Shown here in pieces: positions 55,126-64,000 of a stretch of DNA of 64,000 nucleotides. The stretch's first letter is position 1, and the number at the start of each line of letters is the position of its first letter. A program made the translations under genes and the position numbers. This DNA comes from an uncultured bacterium (GTDB taxonomy: Bacteria; Omnitrophota; Omnitrophia; Omnitrophales; Aquincolibacteriaceae), in assembly GCA_964385615.1 (NCBI GenBank), contig CAYLPP010000004.1:39494-103493 (forward strand). The letters are read 5' to 3'. Below the pieces are notes generated by a model that did not search any database, was not told the DNA's origin, and saw nothing but the letters and a program-made list of their open reading frames with translations.

Positions 55126-56601
55126 ATGGAAACAAAAGACACGAATAAAAGCGCGAAGCCGGCTACGATTGAAGAATTCGTCAATCGTGAGTATCAGTAC
55201 GGCTTTCAGACTGAAATCGAATCAGGCCGTACGGTTAAGGGTTTGAATGAAGAAACTATCCGTCTGATTTCCTCCTACAAGAATGAACCTGAGTTCATGC
55301 TGGAATTCCGCCTTAACGCTTTCCGGCAGTTTCAGAAAATGAAAGAGCCGAAGTGGGCGCATGTGTCTTACCCGCCTATTAATTATCAGGACATCCTTTA
55401 TTACACGGAGCCCAAACAGAAAAAGGCTGAGAAACTTCAGAGTATGGAAGAGGTCGACCCGGAACTGCGCCGTACGTTTGAGAAGCTCGGCATTCCCTTG
55501 ATGGAGCAGAAACGGCTGGCCAATGTGGCCGTTGACGCGATTTTTGACAGTGTTTCCGTGGCCACGACTTTTAAGGAAAAACTGAAGGAAGCGGGCGTGA
55601 TTTTTTGTTCGTTCTCTGAAGCGGTTAAGGAATATCCGGAACTGGTCAAAAAATACATGGGGTCCGTGGTGCCTGCCGCGGACAATTACTTCGCCGCGCT
55701 CAACTCCGCGGTTTTCTCCGATGGTTCTTTCGTTTATGTTCCGAAAAATACGCGGTGCCCGATGGAGCTTTCCAGTTATTTCCGAATCAACACGGAAAAT
55801 TCCGGCCAATTCGAGCGCACCCTGATCATCTGCGAAGACAACAGCCATGTCAGTTATCTGGAAGGCTGTACCGCGCCGAAGTTCGACACGAATCAGCTTC
55901 ACGCGGCGGTGGTGGAGCTGGTCGCGCTTGAAAACGCGGAAATTAAATATTCGACGGTGCAGAACTGGTATGCGGGTGACCCCAAGACCGGCAAGGGCGG
56001 GATTTTTAATTTCGTGACCAAGCGCGGGAAATGCCTGGGCAATAATTCCAAAATTTCCTGGACCCAGGTTGAGACGGGTTCTGCCATCACCTGGAAATAT
56101 CCCAGCTGTATTTTGATGGGCGATAACTCTGTGGGCGAATTCTATTCAGTCGCGCTCACGACCGGCTACCAGCAGGCGGACACGGGAACCAAGATGATTC
56201 ATCTGGGTAAAAACACGCGAAGCACGATCATTTCGAAAGGAATTTCCGCGGCGCACGGCATGAATAATTACCGGGGCCTTGTGCAGATGGGGCCTAACGC
56301 GGAAAACGCGCGCAATTTCACGCAGTGCGATTCGCTTTTAATCGGTTCCAAATGCTCCGCCAACACCTATCCTTATATGGACGTGGCCAATCCTACGGCG
56401 CAGGTTGAGCATGAAGCTTCGATCTCGCGCGTCAGCGACGATCAGCTTTTTTATTTTCAACAGCGGGGCATCGATGCCGAAACGGCTATGAGCTCCATTC
56501 TCAGCGGCTTCTGCAAGCAGGTATTCCGGGAACTTCCCATGGAATTCGCGGTGGAAGCGACGCAATTACTCGGCCTCAAGCTGGAAGGAACGGTGGGTTA
56601 A
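55126..56601 (+). CDS. sufB: Fe-S cluster assembly protein SufB
   Basis: A 491-aa protein with SufB-like N-terminal and core beta-helix motifs. Confidence 0.9.
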   Translation: METKDTNKSAKPATIEEFVNREYQYGFQTEIESGRTVKGLNEETIRLISSYKNEPEFMLEFRLNAFRQFQKMKEPKWAHVSYPPINYQDILYYTEPKQKKAEKLQSMEEVDPELRRTFEKLGIPLMEQKRLANVAVDAIFDSVSVATTFKEKLKEAGVIFCSFSEAVKEYPELVKKYMGSVVPAADNYFAALNSAVFSDGSFVYVPKNTRCPMELSSYFRINTENSGQFERTLIICEDNSHVSYLEGCTAPKFDTNQLHAAVVELVALENAEIKYSTVQNWYAGDPKTGKGGIFNFVTKRGKCLGNNSKISWTQVETGSAITWKYPSCILMGDNSVGEFYSVALTTGYQQADTGTKMIHLGKNTRSTIISKGISAAHGMNNYRGLVQMGPNAENARNFTQCDSLLIGSKCSANTYPYMDVANPTAQVEHEASISRVSDDQLFYFQQRGIDAETAMSSILSGFCKQVFRELPMEFAVEATQLLGLKLEGTVG

Positions 56602-57368
56602 TGTTATCAGTTCGTAATCTGCACGCGGTCATCGCGGACAAAGAAATTCTGAAAGGCATCAGCCTGGAAGTTAAAGCCGGAGAAGTGCATGCCATCATGG
56701 GGCGTAACGGTTCGGGCAAAAGCACTTTGGCTAAAACCATCGCGGGGGAGCCTCATATCGAAGTGACTTCCGGCGAAATTCTTTTTAATGGCAAGAACCT
56801 GATTGGAATGGAACCCGAAGACCGCGCTTTAGCCGGCGTCTTCATGGGTTTTCAGTATCCTGTTGAAATTCCGGGTGTGAATAACGCGAGTTTTTTACGG
56901 TTGGCTTTTAACGCCAAACGCAAGGCGCAGGGGCAGGAAGAAATGGATCCGATGGAATTCGACGAATTCCTTCAGGACAAAATTAAGATGGTGGAAATTT
57001 CGCAGGACTTTCTTGACCGCGCGGTGAATCAGGGTTTTTCCGGCGGTGAGAAAAAGAAGAACGAAATTCTGCAGATGGCCGTGCTGGAACCCAAGCTCGC
57101 GATTTTGGATGAAACCGATTCCGGCCTGGATGTTGACGCTCTGCGTACCGTGGCCGAAGGCGTCAACCGCCTGCGCACTCCGGAAAACGCGGTGGTACTG
57201 GTCACGCATTATCAGAGAATTCTGAACTACATTAAACCTGATCATGTGCATATTCTGTTTGAAGGGAAAATTATTAAATCCGGCGGGAAGGACCTCGCCC
57301 TTGAAGTTGAAAACCGGGGTTATGACTGGGTTTTTGAAGAAATGAAAGGGAAAGCCGTTTCAAAATGA
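56601..57368 (+). CDS. sufC: Fe-S cluster assembly ATPase SufC
   Basis: ABC motifs: Walker A GRNGSGKST, signature FSGGEKK and Walker B ILDETDSG. Confidence 0.9.
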   Translation: MLSVRNLHAVIADKEILKGISLEVKAGEVHAIMGRNGSGKSTLAKTIAGEPHIEVTSGEILFNGKNLIGMEPEDRALAGVFMGFQYPVEIPGVNNASFLRLAFNAKRKAQGQEEMDPMEFDEFLQDKIKMVEISQDFLDRAVNQGFSGGEKKKNEILQMAVLEPKLAILDETDSGLDVDALRTVAEGVNRLRTPENAVVLVTHYQRILNYIKPDHVHILFEGKIIKSGGKDLALEVENRGYDWVFEEMKGKAVSK

Positions 57369-58651
57369 ACGCTGAATTGACTTATCAGGAATCGGTCAAA
57401 GCGGGACCCGCGGAAAAAACCGGGCCGGAATGCCTGCGCGATTTCCGTCAGCGGGCGTTTGCCCGTTTTCAGGAGACCGGATTCCCGACGCGTAAAATGG
57501 AAGCCTGGAAATATATGAGTTTAGAGCCGGTGCTTAGAATGCCGGTATTGAACAGGCAGACAGTTCCGGCGGTTGTGAACCCCTCGGCTCTTGACGCGGA
57601 TCATGAAGACTTTTTTGTTTTTTGGAACGGTGTTTATCAACCTTTGGTTTCTTCATTCCGGAAAATTCCCTCCGCTGTGCGTTATGGGGTGCTTTCTTCC
57701 GGCCGTTTTGAAGGGGCGGGGTTGGAAGCTTTTTTTCAGGATCTTGAAAATGAAAATCCTCTTTCGGTAGTTAACGCGTTCCGGTTTGAAGACGCTTTTG
57801 TCATTCAGGTTCCGCAGGGAACCGTTATTCCGGAGCCCGTGCGGTTGATTTTCCGCTCAAGCGAAAAAGGGGAAGCCAATCCCCGGATTCTGGTGTGGCT
57901 GGGTGCCGGTTCCAAAGCGGAACTTATTTTTGATTTCTCCGGTGAGGAAAAGGCTTCGCTGATGAATACTTCGGCTCAAGTCCGCCTGGAACCCAACGCG
58001 AATTTGAGCGTGTCACTGATTCAAAAAGCGGGTGAAGGCACGGTCCAGTTTTTAAACAGCCGGATTTCGCAGTCTGAAGGCAGTTCGCTGGAATGGGTTT
58101 CTTTTTCGAGCGGCGGGAAAATGACGCGTAATGAGACGGTTGTAAATCTGGAAGGCTCGAACGCTTTTGCTTCGATTTCAGGGTTGGCTTTGCTGGACGG
58201 GGAGTCGCAGGTTTTTCAGCACGCTTTCATTTATCATCAGAAGCCTCACTGCTCAAGCCGGCAGGTGTTTAAGAATATTCTTTCGGATAAATCCGCGGCG
58301 GAGTTTGACAGCCTGGTGCATGTCTGGAAAGACGCGGCTAAATCCGATTCTGAACAGCTGGACAAAAACCTTCTGCTTTCAAAACAGGCGCGCTCGTGGT
58401 CGCGGCCTCAGCTGAAAATTGATACGGATGACGTGAAAGCTTCGCACGGTGCCGCAACAGGGCAGTTAGAAAGAAATGAACTCTTTTATCTGAGAAGCCG
58501 GGGGCTTTCCAAGCAGGAAGCGCGTTTTTTGATCACTTACGGGTTTGCTGAGGAAGTTCTGGAGAAAATCGGCCATTCGGGTTTGCGCCGGGAGCTTGAA
58601 GCTTTTGCTTCGGCGCAGATTCAGCGGATGACCGCGGGGATTCCGGCGTGA
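57365..58651 (+). CDS. sufD: Fe-S cluster assembly protein SufD
   Basis: Its position between sufC and sufS, the SufB/D-fold size and a partial SufBD-family motif. Confidence 0.8.
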   Translation: MNAELTYQESVKAGPAEKTGPECLRDFRQRAFARFQETGFPTRKMEAWKYMSLEPVLRMPVLNRQTVPAVVNPSALDADHEDFFVFWNGVYQPLVSSFRKIPSAVRYGVLSSGRFEGAGLEAFFQDLENENPLSVVNAFRFEDAFVIQVPQGTVIPEPVRLIFRSSEKGEANPRILVWLGAGSKAELIFDFSGEEKASLMNTSAQVRLEPNANLSVSLIQKAGEGTVQFLNSRISQSEGSSLEWVSFSSGGKMTRNETVVNLEGSNAFASISGLALLDGESQVFQHAFIYHQKPHCSSRQVFKNILSDKSAAEFDSLVHVWKDAAKSDSEQLDKNLLLSKQARSWSRPQLKIDTDDVKASHGAATGQLERNELFYLRSRGLSKQEARFLITYGFAEEVLEKIGHSGLRRELEAFASAQIQRMTAGIPA

Positions 58652-59892
58652 AGGAGGCCGTCATGAGCTCAAATTTTGATGTGATGAAAATCCGGAAAGA
58701 TTTTCCGCTCCTGGCTTCGTCCATGAACGGCCGGCCTCTGGTCTACCTTGATAATGCCGCCACCACGCAGAAACCGCTCGCGGTCATTGAAAGAATGGAT
58801 CATTTTTACCGGAAGGAATACACCAACATTCACCGGGGCGTTTACACGCTGAGCCAGCAGGCGACAATGGAATGTGAAGAGGCCCGTACGAAGTGCGCCG
58901 AATTTTTGAACGCGGAAAAAGCGGAAGAGATTATTTTTGTGCGCGGGGCAACTGAGGCTGTTAACCTTGTTGCGTCCGCTTACGGTGAGAAATTTTTAAA
59001 AAGCGGGGACGAGATTATTATTTCCCAGCTGGAGCATCACGCCAATATTGTTCCCTGGCAGCAGTTGGCCCAGAGAAAGTCTTTGAAGCTGAAAGTTATT
59101 CCCATCAATGAAAGCGGTGAGCTGTTGATGGAAGAATATAAAAAACTGCTTTCGCCCAAGACCAAATTGGTGGCTGTGACCCAGGTTTCCAATGCGCTGG
59201 GAACGATTGTGCCTGTCGAAGAAATTACGAAACTGGCGCATCAGGCCGGTGCGGTTGTGCTGATTGACGGCGCTCAGGCTGTACCGCATTTGAAGGTTGA
59301 TGTTCAGGCCATCGGCTGTGATTTTTACTGTTTTTCCGGGCATAAGGTTTACGGGCCCAGCGGGATTGGCGTACTTTACGGGCGTTATGATTTGCTGGAA
59401 GCTATGGATCCTTATCAGTTCGGCGGGGAAATGATTGAAAGCGTGACTTTTGAGAAAACGACGTTTGCCAAGCCGCCTGCGAAATTTGAAGCGGGAACTC
59501 CGGCCATTGTTGAGATTGTGGGCTTGGGCGCGGTGCTGGATTATGTGCAGGGTGTCGGACTTGATAAGATCTCAGCTTATGAACATGAATTGCTAATTGA
59601 AGCGTCGCGGAAATTATCTTCGGTTTCCGGCCTGCGTATTTTGGGCACAGCCAGAAATAAATCGGCTGTGGTTTCCTTCGAGTTGGAAGGAATTCACCCG
59701 CACGACATCGGCAGTATTCTGGATCAGGACGGCATCGCAGTCCGCACCGGTCATCACTGCGCTCAGCCTCTCATGAAGTTTTTGAAAGTGCCCGCGACGG
59801 CCCGAGCCTCATTTTCTTTTTATAACACAAAGGCGGAAATCGACGCGCTGGTTGCCGGACTGGAAAAGGTAAAGGCGGTTTTTCACGCATGA
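58648..59892 (+). CDS. sufS: Cysteine desulfurase SufS (class V aminotransferase)
   Basis: PLP lysine in FSGHKVYGP and the active-site loop RTGHHCAQP. Confidence 0.9.
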   Translation: MKEAVMSSNFDVMKIRKDFPLLASSMNGRPLVYLDNAATTQKPLAVIERMDHFYRKEYTNIHRGVYTLSQQATMECEEARTKCAEFLNAEKAEEIIFVRGATEAVNLVASAYGEKFLKSGDEIIISQLEHHANIVPWQQLAQRKSLKLKVIPINESGELLMEEYKKLLSPKTKLVAVTQVSNALGTIVPVEEITKLAHQAGAVVLIDGAQAVPHLKVDVQAIGCDFYCFSGHKVYGPSGIGVLYGRYDLLEAMDPYQFGGEMIESVTFEKTTFAKPPAKFEAGTPAIVEIVGLGAVLDYVQGVGLDKISAYEHELLIEASRKLSSVSGLRILGTARNKSAVVSFELEGIHPHDIGSILDQDGIAVRTGHHCAQPLMKFLKVPATARASFSFYNTKAEIDALVAGLEKVKAVFHA

Positions 59893-60347
59893 TTCCCGAA
59901 CCCAGACTTGAAAAGCTTTATCAGGATGTGATTCTGGATCACAACCGGAATCCCCGTAACTACAAAGAAGTCGCCGGGCCGACGCAGTATTCGCACGGCT
60001 TCAATCCTCTTTGCGGTGATGATTATCATCTTTATCTGAAAGTGGATGAAAAGGGCGTGATTCAGGATATCGGTTTTCAGGGCGCGGGCTGCGCGATTTC
60101 AAAATCCAGCGCGTCGCTTATGACCGCTTTTATCAAGGGGAAAACCCTGAGCGAAGCGGAAACCGTGAAGGATGCCTTTCTTGATTTGCTGACCAAAGAG
60201 CCTACGCCCGCTCCGGCGCGCGAAAAGGTGGGGAGACTCGTGCTTTTTGAAGGCGTAAAAGAATTTCCGGTGCGGGTGAAATGCGCGACCCTGATCTGGC
60301 ACACTCTGGCGGACACACTTAAAGACGCGAAGGCGGGTGCGAAATGA
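59889..60347 (+). CDS. sufU: SUF-system NifU-family sulfur transfer/scaffold protein SufU
   Basis: Motifs NPLCGDD...GAGCAIS...CATL; 152 aa. Confidence 0.8.
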   Translation: MIPEPRLEKLYQDVILDHNRNPRNYKEVAGPTQYSHGFNPLCGDDYHLYLKVDEKGVIQDIGFQGAGCAISKSSASLMTAFIKGKTLSEAETVKDAFLDLLTKEPTPAPAREKVGRLVLFEGVKEFPVRVKCATLIWHTLADTLKDAKAGAK

Positions 60348-60907
60348 AAGAGCCTGAAGAACTTCAGATTACGGCGGAAATTACGCCCAACCCTAACACG
60401 CTTAAATTCGTACTGAACCGGCCTTTGCTCTCTTTTGGTTCGAGGAATTATTTAAAAAAAGAAGAGGTCACGGATTCGCCTTTGGCGGCTTCCCTGTTTG
60501 AAGTCGGGCAGGTGGCTTCCGTTATGATCGGTACGGATTTTGTGACGATGACTAAGACACCTGAAGCGGACTGGCAGGAAGTCGGTCCTCATGTGGTGCA
60601 GGCTCTTCGCGCTTTTTTTGAGTCCGGTCAGGAAGCGATCGCGGCGAATGCCTCCGTCAGCGTGCATGCTGAGACCCGGACTGACGTTGAAAAGAAAATT
60701 ATCGAAATTCTGGACAATGAAATCCGCCCCGCGGTCGCCCGTGACGGCGGAGACATTGTTTTTTACGGTTTTGACAACGGGGTCGTGAAACTGCACCTTC
60801 AGGGCGCCTGCAGTTCCTGCCCGAGTTCGGTCATGACCTTGAAAATGGGGATTGAGAACCGGCTGAAAATGATCATTCCTGAAGTCAAGGAAGTCCTGCA
60901 GGTCTGA
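60344..60907 (+). CDS. Nfu/NifU-C-terminal-domain Fe-S carrier protein with an N-terminal Nfu_N-like domain
   Basis: The C-terminal motif LQGACSSCPSS is the Nfu CxxC motif. Confidence 0.75.
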   Translation: MKEPEELQITAEITPNPNTLKFVLNRPLLSFGSRNYLKKEEVTDSPLAASLFEVGQVASVMIGTDFVTMTKTPEADWQEVGPHVVQALRAFFESGQEAIAANASVSVHAETRTDVEKKIIEILDNEIRPAVARDGGDIVFYGFDNGVVKLHLQGACSSCPSSVMTLKMGIENRLKMIIPEVKEVLQV

Positions 60908-61026
60908 AAACCCCCTTCCGCAAGTCCTCCCGGGGCCGGGTATAATTTAGAAAAGGCCTTACCCGGCGTTTTACACACGTTTTACTTGTGAGTCATCTCT
61001 GCCAACCTTAGGATACGGAGACTGAA

Positions 61027-62022
61027 ATGGGAAAATCCAAAAAGAAAAAATTCTGGATCGGGATCGATCTGGGCGGAACTAAACTGCTGACGGCTGTTCT
61101 GGACCAGCGCTTTCGAGTGGTCGCTTCCGTTAAAAATAAAGTCGATGCCTCGAAGGGGCCCAAAAAGTTCCTGGAAGACCTCGAAGACAGTATCCGGGAA
61201 GCCCTCAAAGAGTCGCGGGTTCAAAAATCCAAAATCGGCGGGATTGGAATCGGCGCCCCCGGCATTATGGACCGCAAAAAAGGCGAAATCGTTTTCTGCC
61301 CGAACATTCCTTTTCTCAACGGATTCCGTCTGGGGAACGTGCTCCAGAAAAAATTCGGAGTCCATGCGGTTCTGGAAAATGACGCCAACACCGGGCTTTA
61401 CGGTGAATCAGAATTAGGCGCGGCCCGCGGTTATAAGGATGTTATTGGAATTTTTGTCGGCACGGGTGTCGGCGGCGGTATTTTAATCGACGGGAAAATT
61501 TACAGCGGGGTTTCAGGCTCAGCCGGAGAGATCGGTCATATGGTGCTTGATCCTTCGGGGCCTTCATGCGGCTGCGGACAGCGGGGCTGTCTGGAGGCTT
61601 ACACCGGCCGGTTGGCCATGGCGGGCGAAGCTGCGGTTTTGGCGTCGCGTGGTCAGGCCAAAAGGCTTTACCGTGAAGCGGGAACCGAAGTTTCAAAAAT
61701 TAAAAGCGGCGTGCTGGCTAAAGCGGTTTTTAGCGGTGATAAAAAAATTGAAAAGATGATCAAAGAACGGGCTGGGCGTCTGGGAATGGCCATGGCGGGA
61801 CTCGCGAATTTTATGAGCCCGGAGCTTTTTGTCCTGGGCGGAGGGGTTGTCGAGGCTATGCCTTTTATCGTGAAAGAAGCGGAAAAATCGATGAGGCATT
61901 TCGTGATGCCGAAAATCGGCGCGCATATCCGGGTCGTACCCGCTCAACTGGGAGATCACGCGATCATCAAGGGCGCGGCGCGGCTGGCGGCGGATTTTGA
62001 TGAGGGGAAAGGAAAGTCATGA
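61027..62022 (+). CDS. ROK-family sugar kinase (glucokinase-like)
   Basis: Motifs IGIDLGGTK and ENDANTGLYGE, and the zinc motif GHMVLDPSGPSCGCGQRGCLE. Confidence 0.8.
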   Translation: MGKSKKKKFWIGIDLGGTKLLTAVLDQRFRVVASVKNKVDASKGPKKFLEDLEDSIREALKESRVQKSKIGGIGIGAPGIMDRKKGEIVFCPNIPFLNGFRLGNVLQKKFGVHAVLENDANTGLYGESELGAARGYKDVIGIFVGTGVGGGILIDGKIYSGVSGSAGEIGHMVLDPSGPSCGCGQRGCLEAYTGRLAMAGEAAVLASRGQAKRLYREAGTEVSKIKSGVLAKAVFSGDKKIEKMIKERAGRLGMAMAGLANFMSPELFVLGGGVVEAMPFIVKEAEKSMRHFVMPKIGAHIRVVPAQLGDHAIIKGAARLAADFDEGKGKS

Positions 62023-63584
62023 CGGAAAATCCTGTAGTCCAGAAGCAAATGGTTTCCGTGATTGATATCGGTTCAAGCGCGATCCGCATGGTGATCGCGG
62101 AATTGGGACCTAAAACGGAAATACGCCGTCTGGAAAACCTTCAGAAACCCGTGGCTTTGGGCAAAGACGTTTTTACGACCGGGAAAATCAGCCGGACGGT
62201 GATGCGTGAAGCGCTGACGATCATTAAAAATTATAAGAGCATTATCGACAGCTACGGGATTACCAATATTCACGCGATCGCGACCAGCGCGGTGCGCGAT
62301 GCCCTGAACCGCGAGAGTTTTGTCGACCAGGTTTTCGTCCGGACGGGAATTGACGTTGAAGTCATAGAAGGTCCTGAAGAAAACCGTCTTGAACTGCTGG
62401 CTGTGGAGCACGCCCTTGGTGAAAAGTATGAGTATCAGAATAAAAACTGCCTGATTATTGAAGTGGGTTCGGGCAGTATCGAAATTATTGTTTTAAATAA
62501 TGGGGAAGTGGGGCTGACCCGGACTATTTCTCTGGGAACGATCCGCCTTCCCGAACAGCTGATTGCCGGGAAAACCTCCCCGGATATTTTTAAACGGGCG
62601 ATTAAGCGCACGGTCCGCACGCTTAGTCAGAATTTTTCCCGGGAATACGACCTTAAGAATATTGATACTTTTATCGCTCTTGGCGGTGATATGCGGTTTT
62701 TAGCTCGCCAGCACTCAGGCGGTGAACTCGAGAATTTTGGAATTCTGAACAAGAAGAATTTCCTCGATTTCCTTAACGGAATCGCCAAAATTCCTCTTGA
62801 GGAACTGGCGGAAAAATTCAGTCTCTTTTATTCTGAAGCGGAGACGCTCTTCCCCGCGCTTCTTTTTTACGCCAACTTCCTGGAAGAGACTGGGGCGAAA
62901 GAAATTGTCGTGCCCATGACCAATATTCGCGACGGCCTGCTGATCGAGCTTTCCCAGCTTTTTTCAGGGTACAAGCGCACTGACGTCTCCAAGCAGGTTA
63001 TTAGCTCGGCCCGTCAGCTTGGTAAAAAATTTCATTACGACGAACCTCACTCACTGTGCGTGGCTAACCTGGCGATCAAGCTTTTTGACCTTTTGAAGCA
63101 AGACCACGGCCTCGGTACCCGTGAACGGCTCTTGCTGGAAGTCTCCGGAGTTCTTCATGATATCGGGATGTTTGTTTCGTCGACTTCCTATCATAAGCAT
63201 TCCAGTTATCTGGTCGACACGGCGGAGATTTTCGGTCTGCGCAAGCAGGATAAAAATATCGTTTCCAACGTAGTCCGCTACCACCGCCGGGCTCTGCCTC
63301 AACCCAGCCATGAACCGTATATGTCCCTGCCTCGCGCCGACCGCGCGGTGGTTTCCAAGCTGGCGGCGATTTTGCGGATCGCCGACGCTCTGGACAAAGC
63401 CCGTCAGCAAAAAATTAAAAATTTCTCCATGGAAAAGCAGGATGACGCCTACATTCTCTGGGTGCCCGAAGAAATCGGCGACATTTCTTATGAACGGGAG
63501 TCCATGGCCAAGCGCAGTAATCTTTTCAGCGAGGTTTTTGGCGTGGCTCTGGATCTTAAGCAGGGGAATCCGCCAAAAGGCTGA
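62019..63584 (+). CDS. ppx: Ppx/GppA exopolyphosphatase with a C-terminal HD domain
   Basis: ASKHA N-terminus (VIDIGSSAIRMVIAE, EVGSGSIEI) and the HD motif LHDIGMF. Confidence 0.85.
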   Translation: MTENPVVQKQMVSVIDIGSSAIRMVIAELGPKTEIRRLENLQKPVALGKDVFTTGKISRTVMREALTIIKNYKSIIDSYGITNIHAIATSAVRDALNRESFVDQVFVRTGIDVEVIEGPEENRLELLAVEHALGEKYEYQNKNCLIIEVGSGSIEIIVLNNGEVGLTRTISLGTIRLPEQLIAGKTSPDIFKRAIKRTVRTLSQNFSREYDLKNIDTFIALGGDMRFLARQHSGGELENFGILNKKNFLDFLNGIAKIPLEELAEKFSLFYSEAETLFPALLFYANFLEETGAKEIVVPMTNIRDGLLIELSQLFSGYKRTDVSKQVISSARQLGKKFHYDEPHSLCVANLAIKLFDLLKQDHGLGTRERLLLEVSGVLHDIGMFVSSTSYHKHSSYLVDTAEIFGLRKQDKNIVSNVVRYHRRALPQPSHEPYMSLPRADRAVVSKLAAILRIADALDKARQQKIKNFSMEKQDDAYILWVPEEIGDISYERESMAKRSNLFSEVFGVALDLKQGNPPKG

Positions 63585-63586
63585 CT

Positions 63587-64000
63587 ATGGAGACCTCCAA
63601 ACCGGAACACTTCTTCAACAGAGAACTTTCCTGGATTGAGTTCAATACCCGTGTGTTTGAAGAAGCGCGTGACCCGTCCAATCCTCTGTTGGAACGTTTG
63701 AAGTTTCTGGGGATTGTCAGTTCCAACTTTGACGAGTTTTTTATGGTCCGCATGGCAAGCCTCGAAGAGTCTTCGCCGGCTTTTCAAACCGTCCGCTCGC
63801 GGGCTTACGGACTGATCGAACAGCAGAACCTTTATTTTGAACAGGCCATGATTCCGGAAATGGAATCCCATGGAATTGTCCGGGTGCCCGCTGAAGCGCT
63901 GAATGAAAAACAGCTCGAATTCGTGAAACTGCTTTTCTATAAAGAAATTTTTCCGGTTCTGACCCCGATCGCTCTGCATCCCGATAAGGCGCTTCCTGTT
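63587..64000 (+). CDS. ppk: Polyphosphate kinase 1, 3'-truncated by the window edge
   Basis: The N-domain signature FFNRELSWIEFNTRVFEEA...FLGIVSSNFDEFFMVR. It starts 3 nt after the ppx stop. Confidence 0.85.
   Translation, partial: METSKPEHFFNRELSWIEFNTRVFEEARDPSNPLLERLKFLGIVSSNFDEFFMVRMASLEESSPAFQTVRSRAYGLIEQQNLYFEQAMIPEMESHGIVRVPAEALNEKQLEFVKLLFYKEIFPVLTPIALHPDKALPV

Noticed and set aside
55222-55902. 226-aa minus-strand ORF inside sufB
   Set aside because: It is antisense to the highly conserved SufB coding sequence, so it is not credible.
1-64000. Scan for CRISPR arrays, tRNA/rRNA genes and IS elements
   Set aside because: No regularly spaced direct repeats were found. No cloverleaf-compatible tRNA-like segments were found in the intergenic regions (45926-46125, 50382-50524, 54586-54664, 13264-13447, 23468-23692). 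No transposase-like ORFs were found.

Overview
This 64-kb window from an unidentified bacterium is dense with genes, mostly on the + strand. It has Gram-negative-type envelope genes (AsmA, RlpA, lipoproteins) and ribosome-binding sites of the GGAG type. The housekeeping content is listed here. A secreted hypothetical protein is cut off at the 5' edge, followed by OsmC, recN, radC and a small regulatory island (XRE HTH plus a CheY-like receiver). A peptidoglycan-recycling cluster (murQ-anmK plus an SSS-family transporter) sits divergent from nagZ, which is translationally coupled to an APC permease. Further downstream are typA/bipA; a korAB 2-oxoacid:ferredoxin oxidoreductase flanked by two CBS-domain genes; an M15 peptidase; DUF59, YaeQ, a CpxP-like secreted protein and an ECF sigma/anti-sigma pair; glpX, PCD, AsmA, RlpA and a 7TM-PAS sensor; a CYTH protein and a DExH helicase; an Rrf2-regulated sufBCDSU-nfu operon; and ROK kinase, ppx and the start of ppk1. 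The outstanding feature is a 17.5-kb locus (13448-30937) holding two tandem giant paralogous ORFs of 3339 and 2414 aa. Both start with a signal peptide and share a roughly 500-aa N-terminal domain whose motifs match the TraB/GumN/Tiki superfamily. They also share a roughly 170-aa C-terminal domain that is conserved at the protein level but diverged at the nucleotide level. Their central regions are entirely different. Giant 1 carries a GHKL/HATPase_c domain and a complete Enzyme-I-like module (phosphohistidine-like domain plus PEP-utilizing TIM barrel with the EI Cys position replaced). It also carries an internal ~140-aa duplication and an arginase-fold-like metal signature. Giant 2 carries a sigma70-region-4-like HTH followed by two RNA-polymerase alpha-CTD-like helix-hairpin-helix domains. 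I do not recognise this combination as any described system, and I consider it the candidate novel system in this window. All domain calls come from reading motifs in the translated ORFs; nothing was searched against a database.
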